DNA of 63,064 nucleotides, the filler included, from Squatina squatina (Eukaryota): NCBI GenBank assembly GCA_031763465.1. It is 4 parts of 4 records of this genome, joined end to end, with 100 filler letters (N's around TTAATTAATTAA, not from the genome) between each part and the next. Parts side by side here need not be neighbours in the genome. Positions count along the whole stretch, not along the records: positions 30,916 to 44,079 come from JARFOE010000001.1; positions 44,180 to 63,064 come from JARFOE010304597.1; 2 more parts are not named here. One strand, given 5' to 3'. Shown here piece by piece: positions 38,546 to 53,040 of this stretch. The first letter of the stretch is position 1; each line of letters opens with the position of its first letter. The notes below the pieces were generated by a model. It was not told the DNA's origin. It worked only from the letters and a program-made list of their open reading frames with translations, and did no database searches. Position numbers and translations under genes: made by a program.

Positions 38546-41339
38546 AACCTGGCATTAGTCCGCAAAGAAAGTAAAATGTATCAGCATAGCAGATATTGAA
38601 TTGTATAGAACAGGTGATTTTTCTGCCCCACAGCATGGATGCAGCAGTTGTCATCAGGTTTCTCCCTCATCATGGCATAAACAACATATTTTACACAACC
38701 CTGCTACTGTCATTTCTAATACATTCATTGATATGGTTGGGAATTTCCTGCTCTGCCGCCATAACTTTGTTGAAGTGCGGCGAAAATCCTATTTATCCAT
38801 GCAGACTCCCAAGATAACGCACCCTACATTTTTGTTGAGATTTTATTGTGTCACTATAACTTTTTTTGAATGCAGTATTTTTGTTACAACTATTCATCCT
38901 GTGTATTTGTATCCTGTACTGTTGCTTTATGGTTGTTTTCAGACTTTACCTTGACTCTTCCCTAAGTAATATTGGGCAAGAAATTCGGCTCCATAGTGCT
39001 GATTTTCCAGTGCTACGGGTGCCGAATTGTGTTGAAAATGGTGTCTGTGCCATGTGCACAAATCAGTTGCAGGTCGCGCCAGCACCATTTTGGTGAGGGT
39101 GATAGGGCGGGTGTCAGGAGCATACACCAGAAGTATGTAGAGTAGGCAGATCTTGATGTCAGCCTGCAACACTGATTTGATACCGGTGCTGCCATTACCG
39201 TCCTCAACGTTGGAGCTAATGCCCTGTCTTCAGCAGCAGCAAGGACCCCACTCCCCCCCCACCCCGTCACCAGTGATATTTAAAAGGATTATCAACCACT
39301 TTCCGGTTAGTTGCTGATTCATTTCTGCTGGTTCTGTGTAAGTTTGTAGAAGGGTTTGGTGCTTTCCAAAGTTGGTGAGGTGACAGGGAGTGGTGNNNNN
39401 NNNNNNNNNNNNNNNNNNNNNNNNNNNNNNNNNNNNNNNNNNNNNNNNNNNNNNNNNNNNNNNNNNNNNNNNNNNNNNNNNNNNNNNNNNNNNNNTAGCT
39501 CACACAGGCACATTTCAGTGCTTACAGTGTAAGGTATCACCAAGTCTCACATAAATTGGATGTAAATTTCTAATACTTTCTTACAAGATATTACCAATTT
39601 ATTACATAAGTACTGAAAAATGTGTTTTTGAAAATTACTCACTTCTCAGCAACAAAACTTTCCTCATATTAAATTATTACTTGAAAAAATGATTGCTGTT
39701 TGCATATTAACCGAGTAAGTTAATCCTATGAGTATTTAACAGATATACCTATGACATAGATGAGGATTTTGTCAGGGAGGGAACAAAATGATAATAGGCA
39801 CAGGCTAGGTGGTGCAATGAAAATGGAAAGGTAAATACAGTGATGTTACTTGCAAGTTCATGTTTTTCATTTTCCCAACACTCAGGTTTGTTGACCTGAG
39901 GCTTGTTGATGAGTTGAATGTTTGAAACCTTGTACCGCATAAAAACAGGGATAAATTCTATTACAGAAATATTTTTTGTAAGCACTTAAAAGTGGCATTT
40001 CACTAGAGGATGGAGATTTGTTCCAGTCAGTGAGTGGGATCTTGTTCCTCAGCATTAAAACGGAATTTCAACACAACCTGCACAATGGTACAAAGCTTCT
40101 ACACTCATGAGATTGTAATATTCATTATATGGAGTCTCACTTAACAAATAGCAACAAAAATCAAAGTAACTTTCTTCAACTCAAATGACTTGCAGTACGG
40201 AACAACATAATAAAAGAACCATATTAGGTCTGTGAATCTGAGCATTTGAATTATGACGTTCAGTGGTGATGACAATGAAAGTATCATTTGAAAACACAAT
40301 AAATGAAAAATTCATACCTGTGTAGGCGTAGGCGCTGTGAAATCTGTGCAAGCTGCTTCACTCTATTCAAGTCTATACACTGGAACCTTTATCAGTCAGC
40401 ATTGGCAACTAAGGTGCTATAGTGCTAGTCTGTTTACCTAATGTAAAAAGGGGAGGCACTGTCTTATTAGCCTTTACCCGTCAATCACTGATTATTGCCA
40501 TGTAAAGAGACTTTATTGCTGAGGTGTGGAAAAGGGGCCACATTTAGAAGTTTATCACGCAATAAAAAGAAAACAAAACAAAAATCCCCAAACAGTTTGC
40601 AAAGTTTGAATTATATTTTATCTGCTGTCATGTTGCAACTGAGAAAAACATGTGCTCGGTATTCAAATTCAGGAGGCTGGTCAAATGAAGCAGCCCAGGG
40701 GAAGGGAGGAGGGAGAAAAAAAGAAATCCACTACAGGTTTTACTAGCATGCATTTTAATCATTAGAGTTGTGAAGCCAGGCCCTGAGGTGGGAGTTGTCT
40801 AAACTAGCACCAATTCACACACTATGAGGGCAGACTAAAGAAGTTTGAACACAATACGGTCTAGATCTAGAAGGGAGATGGTTAAGAGAAGAGGAAGCCT
40901 CATATAAGTATACAAAGTATTAAATTATATAAATAAGGTAAACTCAGAATGTGACATCAAAGTAAACTAGGAAAACAGAACCAGAGGACAGAAATTTAAA
41001 TTAGTGAAAAGTAAAGTTCAAACAGATTATTAGGAAGAACTTTTTTTCAAAGAGTGATAAAGGTTTGGAATAATGTGCCAGACAGGGTTGCAGAGACAAA
41101 AACGTTGGAGTCATTCAAACCACAGTTGGATGCTGAAGGCAATTAAAATGGAAATAAGAAAGAAAAACAATCAATACAAAGCCTGCTGGGCAAAAGGAGG
41201 GAGAGTTTTAGGTGCAGTATAAGAAAATGTTAACAGATTAACAGAGGTTTCGCATGGGCAAAAAGGGCTCTAGAGATGAATTTAGTGAAGGATGTAAACC
41301 ACAATGCTAAAAACATTTTATTCAGTGTCATAATAGTAA

Positions 41340-41940
41340 AGAGTAATTAAAGAGGATGCCAGTAAATTGATTGGCGCCCCAAGGGGCAGGAGCTGGCATT
41401 TCTCACACTGACGCCCACCCCTCCCAACCCTGCCTCCTGCAGAATTCCTTGCTCTGGGGCGTCTGCAAGTCGCAGGGCGCTCCCGGACGCAACTGGGGCA
41501 CTGCCTTCTTACGTTGTTTGACACGGCCTGAGCGCCACGCTAGCAACGTCAGAAGCACTGTGTCAGCACACTGCGTGCTGATGTCAACAGCACAGCCAGG
41601 CCTCCCTTAAAGGGGATGGCCGTCAGCCATCCTGACAGTGCCCCACGGCTGGACACTGTGCCACCAAGGACGACAGCGACCGGGCCCAGCGAGGGAATGG
41701 TGGCTCGATCCGGCCAAGGGCCACCATCAGTCGGCCGATAACAAAGTTGGTCGAAAAGTAAAGATGGCGGCCGCACAGGCCCTCCCCTATAAGAGAGCCA
41801 TTGCAGTGACAGGTTCTTCTGTTGCTGCAACCACCAGGCGCTGCAGCTGTGTCCCACGGGTGAATTCCGCTGCGCAGTGCGTGTTGGCGCGTGTCTTGAT
41901 GGTGTCAAAGGCCTTTGCGCCCCAGCTGAATTTCCAGGGA
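41340..41940. mobile_element. GC/CpG-rich non-autonomous DNA-transposon (MITE-like) fragment; a similar left end at about 38972-39395
   Basis: Abrupt GC-rich island in an AT-rich intron ending GCTGAATTTCCAGGG; 38972 begins TTGGGCAAGAAATTC (related terminal motif); no credible ORF. Confidence 0.45.
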
Positions 41941-44123
41941 GGTGAGATGGCCACCTCCCACTGCAATTTTTTCCTGTTAAACCCCATTAGCACCCCTCGG
42001 ATGTGCTAATGGGGAGCAACAGATGATGAATTTCTCCCCCCAGATCTCTAAAGANNNNNNNNNNNNNNNNNNNNNNNNNNNNNNNNNNNNNNNNNNNNNN
42101 NNNNNNNNNNNNNNNNNNNNNNNNNNNNNNNNNNNNNNNNNNNNNNNNNNNNNNCCAATTTGAAAAAATGTGAATCATTCAGAATACAGTCGAAACATGG
42201 TGCTGGAAGAGCAAAAAATGCAAATGTCACTGCAAACTGGAGATCTCCAGTACAAAATGTACTCTCAATGCACCTGGCCAGCCATTCAGTAAGAGTATAG
42301 TAATAGACTTGGTGAGCTAGCCAACCACATAAAAAATGATTCTACTTATTCAACCAGCATTCCCCCTCGAGAGGTTTGACACCATAGGCACAATTATACT
42401 CTCCTTTCTCATCAATGCCTCGCCTGAATTTGGCACATTTTCCTGCAGGTGTGAATGTGAGCAGAATAATTGGTGCATAACAAACCTATGATAGGAAAAA
42501 TCTACTTCACAATGCATGAAAAAAATGGCTGAATGACCTACTGTTCCTATCTTAAAATCCTTAAAAGTCACACATATTAAAAGAGAATGCTTCAGATTTT
42601 ATTTTAAAATACAGAACACATTGTATAGAATAAGGCATCCCATACCTAGTTGGGAGTTATTTTTTCCCAGAGAAATTAGATTCATGTTTCTTTGAATAGT
42701 GCCTCTTCTCATCTTACCTGCATCTGATTTTCCACTCAACTAGTTCCACTAGAAAAGCTGGCCTGAAATTACAGAGCACTTCGGTGTTGTACATTTTGTA
42801 TCCCAAATCCCACAGTCCAATTCAAGCTGAATATAGTATAGGACATTTCTAACTTAAATTGTTAGACCTTTTTGGCAATCATGGTTAACAGGGTCCCAGA
42901 AAGATCAGATATTTCACTGCATGCTCCATTCTCAGGAAGGGACTCAACTATCTGAAGACAAAATGTCATTTGTGATGTTGGCTTAAAATCAATGAGCCAT
43001 TTTTATGTTTTCTTGCCGTGATCAGAAAAGGTTACTCTGAACTATCAATTAGCTTATGGGTATAAAATTTAGGGTTTCCTACCCAGTGATTATAATTCTT
43101 ACTGGGTCAATTCATATACATGTAGACAACAGTGCTATTTTTAATTATATTTACCAGGATATTACAATAAATCCTTATTTTACATATTTGGAAACTAAGT
43201 AAGGGTGCCAAGATACCTCTATTAATTAAAAAAAATTATGAATGATTAAAATGTACAGGGTCTGAATTTTACATCCTAGTTAACTCATTGCCTGTCCTGT
43301 GGTAGCACTGCGCAGTGGGGAATTGAACCATACAAATCAGGAAGGTCCCAGGAGTAACCCCAGCCTGTGCTGATTTAATCTGTCTCAGGGTTCTGCTGAG
43401 GACATTACAATTGGCCTGAATGTCCCTAATGCAGGGGAGGGTAAAAGAAATCAGGCAGGATTTCCATTCTAGATCATCCTTCAGAGATCACGGCTGGAAA
43501 ACAATTGTGATATGCCAAATAGTCAAATAATCTGCTAAAACGAACTGTCTATGCTTAAAAATGAGGAATAGCCTCTTGAGTGTAGAACTGGAAGGCAGCT
43601 GTTCTCAGAATGATGCCAGGTAGGATGGCCTGCAGAAAACTGCCAATCTGCATATACAGATTCCCTACAGTTTTGCCAAAATTCACTACTTCAGTCTTAC
43701 TATACTGAATTGATTGTTCACTTTCAGTTTGTTCCTAATTAATGCTAACCCTTGTGTTTCAGCCATTTCATTCTCACTATCATCAGGGATTTCAACTGAA
43801 AGTTGTGGGTGTTGATAGAGAGAATTAAAAAACACAGATAAAGCTCCCCTGGCCACTCAGTTGGTGAAAGCAGAGGGCAGTGGAGTTAGCTGATCTCAGC
43901 CAGAATAGCTGTTGGATCATTGTAATTCACCTCAATGGTCTGAGCTTGTGAAGAAAATATCTGCCTGGTTTTCCATTTCTGATTGCTACTCTTTGGCTCC
44001 TGCTGAATTTAATATACAAACAAAAATTGCTGGAAAAACTCAGCAGGTCAGTCAGCATCTGTGGAGAGAAAATCAGAGTNNNNNNNNNNNNNNNNNNNNN
44101 NNNNNNNNNNNNNNNNNNNNNNN

Positions 44124-44135
44124 TTAATTAATTAA
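44124..44135. other. Artificial scaffold linker
   Basis: TTAATTAATTAA within N runs. Confidence 0.97.
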
Positions 44136-44179
44136 NNNNNNNNNNNNNNNNNNNNNNNNNNNNNNNNNNNNNNNNNNNN

Positions 44180-44448
44180 GAGATGAGGAAAAACTTTTTC
44201 ACCCAGAGAGTGGTGAACCTGTGGAACTCTCTACCACAGGAGGCTGTTGAGGCCAGTTCATTGGCTATATTCAAAAGGGAGTTAGATTTGGACCTTACGG
44301 CAAGGGGTATCAGGGGGTATGGAGAGCAAGCAGGCACAGGGTACCGAGTTGAACGTTCAGCCATGATCATGTTGAATGGCGGTGCAGGCTCGAAGGGCCG
44401 AATGGCCAACTCCTGCACCTATTTTCTATGTTTCTATGTTTCTATGTT
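44180..44448 (+). mobile_element. Young CR1/HER1-type LINE 3' end
   Basis: MRKNFFTQRVVNLWNSLPQEAVEA...FKRELD...GIRGYGE ORF2 end and a (TTTCTATG)n tail. Confidence 0.9.
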
Positions 44449-44739
44449 TCACCGCTTGTGGTCCACATTCTCCTTCACCATGCACAGTGCCCACTGCAAC
44501 TTCATCTTCCTTCGGCCCATTGCAAATTCATAAATAATAAGAAAATTCGTCAGTGTTAACTGAGATTTATTAACGGGAAATCATGTTTATCAGATCTGAG
44601 ATAGTTTGTTGAGGTTGGAAACAACAGACTAGACTTAAAAAAAAATGTTGCATCTGATGAATTTGGATTTCCAGAAGGCTTTCGTTAAGTTGCCTCAATG
44701 GAGGATATTTTTTGCAGTTCCAGTTTTCTTTTTAAATAG

Positions 44740-47700
44740 TTGATGTATTTTTCTTTCACCACCAATTCAGACAGCGAATTCCAGACACCCACCACCTTCC
44801 GGGTAAAAAGATGTCCCCTCAGGTTACCTCTAATCCTTCCAGCAATCAGCTTAAATCAATGTCCTCTGGATCTTGACCTCTCCGCTGGGGGAAAAAGGTT
44901 CGCCCTGTCGACGCGACCGATTCCCCTCATAATTTGGTAAATCTCAATCAAGTCACGCCTTTGGTTCTTCGTTTCCAAGGAAAACAAACCAGTCTATCCA
45001 ATCTCTCCTCGTAGCTGCAATTCTCAAGCACTCGCAACATTCTTGTCAAACTTCTCTGCACTCTCTCCAGAGCAATGACGTCGTTCCTGTAATGTGGCGA
45101 CCAGCATTGTGCACAATCCTCAAGCTGTGTCCGGACCAGCGCTTTATACCTTTCCTGCATTTCATCAATGTTTTTTATTGTATACATTGGCTCATAAAGG
45201 AGAGCATTCTCAGTTCCTGCTTCAAAAGCTTATGTAACTGCACTGACACCTTCAGGGACCTGTGCACACGGAATCCAAAGTCTGTCATTTCCTCTAAACC
45301 TCCCAATATATGCCTGTTTAATGTATATTTCCATTCACTGTTTGCTTTCTAGATGGGCATTACCTCACACTTCTCTGCGTTGAACTCCATTTGCCACTTC
45401 TTCACCCAGTCAACCAAACCATTGATAACCTTTTCGAGTATACAGCTTTCATCTTCACTATAAATTGCAAAGCCAATTATTGTGTCATCTGAAGTTTCCC
45501 AAACATGGCCCCACCATTCAGGTCCAAATCAATAATAGATAATACAAACGGCAAGGGGCCCAACACTGAGCCGCGTAGTACCCAACTGGAAATGGCTTTC
45601 TATTGTCAAATACATCAATCGACCATTACACTTTGTTTTATGTGAGTGTGCCAATTTTGTATTCAATTCAGTACATTCCCCTGTATCCCACGGGGTTTTA
45701 CTTTTGTAAGTCGCACATTCGCTCAACCTGGAGACAACTCATGTGATCGACAGCGGCTCGGACACTCGGGCCTTTATGTATATAGACAAAGAGCCGGCTG
45801 CTGTCTTGTGATTCGTGTGCCAAGGCCCAAAGGCCAATGGATGTTTCAGGACATCTTTGTAGAGGAACACAAGCACACACAGTGTTTCAAGGCTCAAAAG
45901 AGAGTAGGAACTTTATTATCTTTAGTAACACTTCACAATACACACAATCAGTTAAAAAGGACTGAAAAGACCAGCACTTTCTAATTCCTGGTTCGAATTA
46001 ATGTGGGCCAATCTAGAGAGGCCATCCAAATTGCCTCCAAATGCTAGCCCACCAATTCTGCATTCTAAGAGAGTGGCGGCAGAGTCCCCTGTTTGGGCCG
46101 CTGATGTTTGGGGAGAGCATAGACGCATGTCTATTATGCTCTCCAATCCGAAGTAACGGCGTACTTGGGTGCCTCGTGAATCTCCCTGATGGCGTCCTAT
46201 TGATAGTTTGGAAGTATCGCACCTCGCTGTCTTATTTGATGGCCCATTATAGATCTTCACCGACCAAGGTCCCTTTCGATTCTGTTTTGAGCGGTTCACG
46301 CAGGAGGTTCTCATTATATCTGTTCAGGTATATGGTGGAAACCGACTCCACTAGCCCACCACGATGTTTCTTCTCTGTGTGTGTCTCGACTTTGTTAGCG
46401 AAGCGGAGCTGGACGAAGGTCAAATGAATCTAATCGAATCAAATCGAAACTTGAATCTGTGAAGTTAATCTGCGGAGCTCGAACGAAGCTGGAAACAAAG
46501 CTAAAGACAGAGCGAATCTAATCTGCTGGTGCCTCTTGCTGAGGGCCAGTTATACTCTTTGAATGTTAATTCAAATCTCGCCAAAATCCTGTCTGGCCTG
46601 TACTGAATATAAAAATGCACTTTTCTGAAAGTCCAGAGAAACTACAACCTCATCCTGGTGCCTGGAGCTCTGGCCAACCCTCGGGGAGGAGAATAGCTCT
46701 GCGGGGGGCTTCAGCCTACCTCATCTGGGATTTGTTTACATTTAATGTGTATTCCGATGGCTGGTTGTCTGGCCCATCGAGTTGGATCACTGTATTTGAC
46801 ACGTTTGTTATTTGACCTGGCTTGAAACAAAATCGTGTCTATACTTTGATTGCGTTTGATTGCTTTGAAACCCTTGTGATTTTGATGACCAAATCATCAT
46901 CTACAAACTGTCTTCCGAATGAATGGGCCGGGGATACTGGCCCATTTCAAAGATGTCAATATTGCCAATTGTCTTGTCAACTAGTTTATTGGGGCGTTTT
47001 GTCTGGCCCACTGTGTATTTTTCTCCTGGTCTGATTAAGGTCCGTATGAGTTGGGGTTTCTGACGCATGTTAAATAAAAATATCTGTAATTCAGCTATTC
47101 TCCTGCTCAATGTCCTCCCATTGATATGTTCAGCAGTTTTATACTGTAATTCATCTCGTCCCCGACCATCTTTAATTGCTCTGTTGTCTTTTTTTAAAAT
47201 AAAGTACCTCCAGCTCACGTAGCTAGAATGTCTAATTACCATATGTATTGTCTCTTTGATTGACAGGGTTTTGCAGTAATTCTCTACCTGCCGGTTTGCT
47301 GTCTGTGTTTAAAAATTCCTAACCCATGTCCACCATTTTATTCCACGTTGTGTGGTCCTGGTGTTATGATCTCAAAAACCCACCATTTTGGACGATTCTT
47401 CCACTTTTCCGACCAGTCTGCCATGTGGAACCTTGTCAAATGGTTCACTAAAATCCACGTCAACAACATCCACTGCACTGCACTCATCAATACAACTTGT
47501 CACTTCCTGAAGAAATTCAATCAAATTTATAAGGCATGATGTTCCCATGACAAATCCATGATGACTATCCTTGATACTCCATGCCTTTCTCAGTGACAGC
47601 TTATCCTACCTCTCATAATTGATTCTAATAATTTGCACACTACCGAGGTAATACTCTCCAGTCTACAATTGTTTGCCCAGTACAATTTTTAAACGATTGT

Positions 47701-49470
47701 ACAACGTTTTCAGTCCCCCAATCCCCAAGTACCTCGCCTGTATCTAGAGATGAATGGAAAATGATCTTCAGAGCTTCCTCTATTTCCTCCCTGGCTTCCT
47801 TCAATAGCGTGGGAAACTATCCCTCCGGCCCTGGTGGATTATCAACTTTCAAGGATTCCAGTCCCTCTAGTAATTCCTCTCTTACTACGGTAATGTATCC
47901 AATATTTCACACTGCTCCTGCTTAGCAACTACACCTGTGTCATCTCACTCCTTTGTGAATACGGAGACAAAGACTCACTTAAAACTGTACCCACATACTC
48001 TGAATCTATGCACAAGTTACGTTTATCATCTCTGATAGGAATACCTTTTCCTTAGCTATCCTCTTGTTCCTAATGTAGTTGTAAAACATCTTCTGGTTTT
48101 CTGTAAATTTACTTGCTAATATTTTTTATGTCCACTCTTTGCTTTCTTTATTTCCGGTTTTACTTCATCCCTGTACTTTCTATACTTCTCGAGGCTTTCT
48201 GCAGAATTACGTTTTCTCTGAGGGTCACATGCTTTCTTTTTCTGATTTATCTTGCCCTGTGTAGCTCTAGAAAACCAGGGGGCTCTAGATTTGCCATTAT
48301 TACCCTTTTGCTTCTGGGGACATTTCAACATTGTCCCCGTAGAATCTCGATTTTTGTCCCTCCCAGTGGTTTGCCACTGATTTTTCCACAAGTAGTTGTG
48401 GCCAGTCCACTTTCGCCAATTCACCTCTCAGCTCTGCAAAATTTGCCTTCCATCAACTTAAAGAAATTACTTCTGATTTACCTCTCTACATTTCCGGAAT
48501 AATGCTCAAACTAACTGAATTCTGGTCATTACCTCCAAAATCATCACCCACTGTCACTTATCCATTTGCCCAACTTCATTGCCTCAGATTAAATCCAGAA
48601 TTACATCCCCTCTCGTTGGGTTTGTCATCTACTGGCTAAAAAAGTTCTCCTGGACATAGTTCAAGAAATTTGTCCCTCAGAAAGTCTTTAACCCAGTTGA
48701 TGCTCGGCAGTTGAAGTCCCATACTATTATTCACATACTGTTTTTGCACTCAGAAATCCTCCTACATATATGTTCTTCTACCTCTCTCTCACAAATTCGG
48801 GGTCAAAATACAATCCAGTTGCGAGACTGCCCCTTTTTTTATTTCATAACTCCATTTAGCATATCCTCACTTGTCACAACATTAATTGGTTATTTAACCA
48901 ATAATGCTACCCTCTTCCTTTTGATCATCCAACATATTCTGCCTTAAATCTCTATATCCAGAGACAGAGCTGCTATTTTTGCCCATTTTTAAGGCAGGTT
49001 TCCGTTATCGCAATGATAACATGCCACCATGTGTCTATCTGTGCCCTCAGTTTATCTGCTTTGTTTGCTAGCTCCTTGTATTGAAGTATGTACGTTTTAA
49101 CCCCGTCAGATCTCTGCACTGAACAATTTTTAAACTTTAGGTATTTTATTTTTCAGAGACATGAACTACGTCACCAACTGATTTTCTACCTCCCGTTTCC
49201 TGGGCTGAGTTTGTCCCACCTAAAACTGCACTTTGGATCCCTCCCCGCTGCAATTCCAGTTGAAACCATCCACAAAAGAACTAGCAAATACCCTCAAGAG
49301 GAGTTTTGTCCTGGTCGTGTTTGAGTGCAACCCGTATAGCTTGTACACATCCCACATTCCCCAGAATCGGTCGTAATGGCTCAGGAATTTAAATCCCTCC
49401 CTCCTGCACCATCTCTCCAGCCAAGCATCCATCTGGTCTATTCTCCTATTTCTGCTCTCGCCAGCACTTG
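44740..49470 (-). mobile_element. Long decayed CR1 LINE (ORF1 esterase remnant, endonuclease, RT, 3' end) split by a solo LTR
   Basis: ORF1 peptide SRNRRIDQMDAWLERWCRREGFKFL...DRFWG...YKLYGLH (49220-49470) and ORF2 peptides including YKALVRTQLEDCAQCWSPHYRNDVIALERVQR. The CR1 sequence is continuous across 45704/47404. Confidence 0.85.
45705..47403 (-). mobile_element. 1699-bp solo LTR (ERV or Gypsy type)
   Basis: TG...CA termini (TGTAAG...CTTCCA) and a 4-bp direct repeat CTTT on both sides (45701-45704, 47404-47407). Minus-strand TATAA at 46554-46550 and AATAAA at 45917-45912. No gag/pol sequence recognised. Confidence 0.8.
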
Positions 49471-49786
49471 CCACTGGTCTATGGAAATGCACACACAAAC
49501 CACTCTTTTCATGTATATTTCTCAGTGTCCGAACAAATATTGTGTACTGCTTTGACTTGTTAGCCCTTCCCAAATTCATTACCTCACACATATCCAGATT
49601 GACTTCTATTTTCCAATTTCTACACACCTGACCAGTATATTGAAATCTTCCTAATGTCTTCAATTTGCATCCTCACTATCAATCACACATCCGTGTATGT
49701 ATCATCTGCAATCTCCTTGTTCATGTCGCCTGCGTTGAATTCTAAATGATGGATCTATGTACCAGAAAATGCAAAAGCGATGTCAC

Positions 49787-51590
49787 ATAGAAACATAGAA
49801 AACAGGAGCAGGAGTAGACCATTCAGCCCTTCGAGCCTAAACTCACATTCGATAAGATCATGAGTGATCATCTAAATTCAGTATCATGTTCCTACTTTCT
49901 CCACATACCCCTTGATCGCTTGAGAATTAAGAACTATATCTGTCTCCTACTTGAACATATTTAACAACTTTGCCTCAACTGCCTTCTGCGGAAGGGAATC
50001 CCACTCCTTCACCACACTCGGGATAACGAAATGTCCCCTTGTCTCAGTTCTGAATGGCTTACCCCTTATCCTTGGTCTGTGACCTCTGGCTCTGGACTCC
50101 CTGGCGACCTGGAACATCATTCCTGCTTCAAGGATGTCTGTTCCTTTTAGATTTATATAGATTTCTGTGAGTTCCCCTCTCATTCTTCTAAACTCTGGTG
50201 AATATAAGCCTAATCGACTCAATCTCTCTTCATACGTCAGTTCTGCCATCCCAGGTATCAGTCCATTGAACTTTGCTGCAAAAACGTCCTCAGGTAAGAT
50301 GACCAAATCTGTGCACAATACTCAAGCTGTGGTCTCAGCAAACCCTGCACAATTGCAGCAAAACATCCCTGCTCCTGTACTCGAATCCTCTGGAATGAAG
50401 GCCAACATATTATTCAACATCTTAAACACGTGTTGCACCTGCATGTTTGCTTCCAGCGTTTGGTGTACAAGAACACACAAGTCCCGTTGCACCTCCCCCT
50501 TTCCCAATCTGTCAACGTTCAGAAAAAAATCTGCCTTACTGTTTTTGCCTCCAAAGTGGCAAACCTTAAATGTTCCACATTGTATTGCATCTGCCATGCA
50601 TTTGCACACTCGCTCAATGTATCCAAATAACCCTGGCGCCTATCTGTATCCTCATCTCCACTCACACTACCAGCCAGCTTTGTTTCGGCTGCAAACGTGG
50701 AAATATTGCATTTAATTCCCTGGCCTAAATCATTGATACGGATCATGAGTAGCTGTGCCCAAGCACTGATCCCTGTGGTACAACTCAAGTCACTGCCTGC
50801 CACCCGAAAAAAAAACATTTATTCCTGCTCTTTATTTCTTGTCTTCTAAACATTTCTCTATCCATGCAAGTACATAACCCTTGATCGCACGTCCTTTGAT
50901 TTTGCACACTAACCTCTGATGTTGGTGCTTATCACAAGCCTTCTGAAAATCCAAATATACCCCATCCACTAGCTCTCCCTTATGTCCTCTACCAAATATA
51001 GCCTCTCAAAATTGCAGCAGATATGTTAAGCAGGATTTCCCTTTCATAAACCCATCCTGACTTTGCTTGATCTCGTCATTGCTTTACTCGTGCTCTGCCT
51101 TTACATGTTTCCTAATGAACTCAGGCATTTTCCCCACTACTGATGTTAGGCTAACCGGTCTATAATTACCTGTTTTCCCGCACCCTCACTATTTAAATAT
51201 AAAGTTACATTAGGCACCCTGCAATCTGTAGAAACTGTTCCAGAGACTGTAGAATTTTGAAAGATGACCACCAATGCGTCCACTATTCCAAAGTCCGCTT
51301 CCTTTAGTACTCTTGGATGTAGTTTATCCGGCCCTGAGTGTTTGTCGCCCTTTAGGCCCATCAATTTTCGTAGCCCCCAGTGAATACTGATTTCCTTCAG
51401 TACCTCCCTCTCTCTGGACCATGTCTTCCCCAGCTTTACTGGTAGAGTACTGGTGTCCTCCTCTGTGAAGACAGAAACAATGTATGCATTTAATTGTTAT
51501 GCCGTTTCTTTGATCCTCATTAAACATTCCCCCGTTTCTGACTGTAAGTGACCGACGTTTCTCGTCACTAATCCTTTACTCTTCACACCT
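49787..51590 (-). mobile_element. CR1/HER1-type LINE, 3' 1.8 kb, degenerate
   Basis: CATAGAAACATAGAAA tail; peptides LTYEERLSRLGLYSPEFRRMRGEL and GPDKLHPRVLKE. Confidence 0.88.
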
Positions 51591-52129
51591 TGATAGAAGC
51601 TTTTGCAGTTAGTTTAATGTTCTCTTATGTACCGAGGCTTGTGGAAGTTCACCACAAACAGAGTTCCAGTCAAAAGAAAAGAAATGCCGATCTCTGCCTT
51701 GCCACTTATCTTCCTACCACTGAGTCATTTTTCGATCCAACCAGCCAAAGTCACTCGGATCCCATAGGTTTCAAATCTTTGACCAGTTTTCCATCATGCA
51801 CCTGGTGAAAAGTCTGGGTAGAAATCAATGCAGACTACAAGGACTGCCTTACCTCGTCGATCGCCCTCGTTTTCCAGCAAAACATTTTTGCAATCCGTCA
51901 TTCACGACTTCCCTTACAAACCCCATGCTGAGTGACCTTTATTAATTAGTAACTTTTTCCATGACGAGTGATACTGTTTCTCAGAACGTTTCCAATAATT
52001 TTCGTGGTTAGGCTGAATGGACGTGGTCTTTTCATTGTCTCCTGTTTAAACAATGGCACAATTTAAGTCAGTTAGATCAGTTTGATGGTTTGAACACGGC
52101 TCAGTGCGAGTGCGGATTTGGCCAGCAAC

Positions 52130-53040
52130 ATTTTGCATCTGCTCAATTTGTGATGATTGAAATTTGAAAAGCCAGCCAGGAGAGTTTTGACCTTATCAAC
52201 CTGAACACTAACAACGACATTGGTGAGGGGTTTGCAGCAGATGAGCTGAAGCGGGGTCGGGCGGCGTTTCGGAGGTGCAGTTAGCAGACTTTGACATGGA
52301 GCTTACATGTGGATGGAAGAACATTTCAGGTTCAACTGCAACAACCATTTGGCGAGTAGTCTGGATCAACCTCAGACAGTTGACATCAAGTGGGTGGGAG
52401 TCTTGACTATTGGACAGTGATTGAGGCGGGAAGTGAAGAGAATACATTCAGACTTCTGAGGATGTAATTCCAGGAAATTTCTGCTTGCCGAGAACACGAC
52501 GTCGGACAATTGGTGTGAAATTTCGAGCCAATGGAATGGTTGTGAGAGGTTGTGGTGTGTTGAGCAGGGAATCCAGAGCATACCAGTGATCCCTGTCATG
52601 GTATTTTCCAATGATATTTCGGATGAGCAGCTGCTACGTAAGACATATGTGGAGATGAGGATCGATGCTCAGTGGACACTGGAGGCAACGATGTGGGAGC
52701 AGAAATAAAACCATTGCAGACGATTCTGCTCCAAATGCTGGCTCGATAGGAATGGAACGAGTTGGCTACATTCCACCTTGCTGGAAGACGTTTGAGATGC
52801 GCTGGAGGACGGTATTGCATCAACTGTGTGAAAGGCTGCAGACAGGTCACGAAGGACGCGGAGTGACTGTTCACCCCGGAAACCTTCACATAGGATGTCC
52901 TTTGTCACTTTAAGCCGTTAACAATATCTGATAAAATGGGAACCAGGAAAGGAAGCTCAGTGGTCAGCAATTTACTGGGAATAGATTTGAGGGACAAAAA
53001 TTGGGTCATATGCATGCAATGAGCTCGGAGAGCATGGTGA
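52130..53040 (-). mobile_element. Degenerate L2 LINE RT fragment
   Basis: Peptide SLRVLRDLSAAFHTVD (L2 LLDLSAAFDTVD motif) and SIPSKLL remnant. Confidence 0.7.

Noticed and set aside
41318-42009. Overlapping GC-rich ORFs as a gene or CpG-island promoter
   Set aside because: No recognisable protein or splice structure; best explained as a transposon fragment.
48113-50818. ORFs of 100-180 aa on both strands
   Set aside because: Sense fragments or antisense shadows of decayed CR1 ORF1/ORF2, not host genes.
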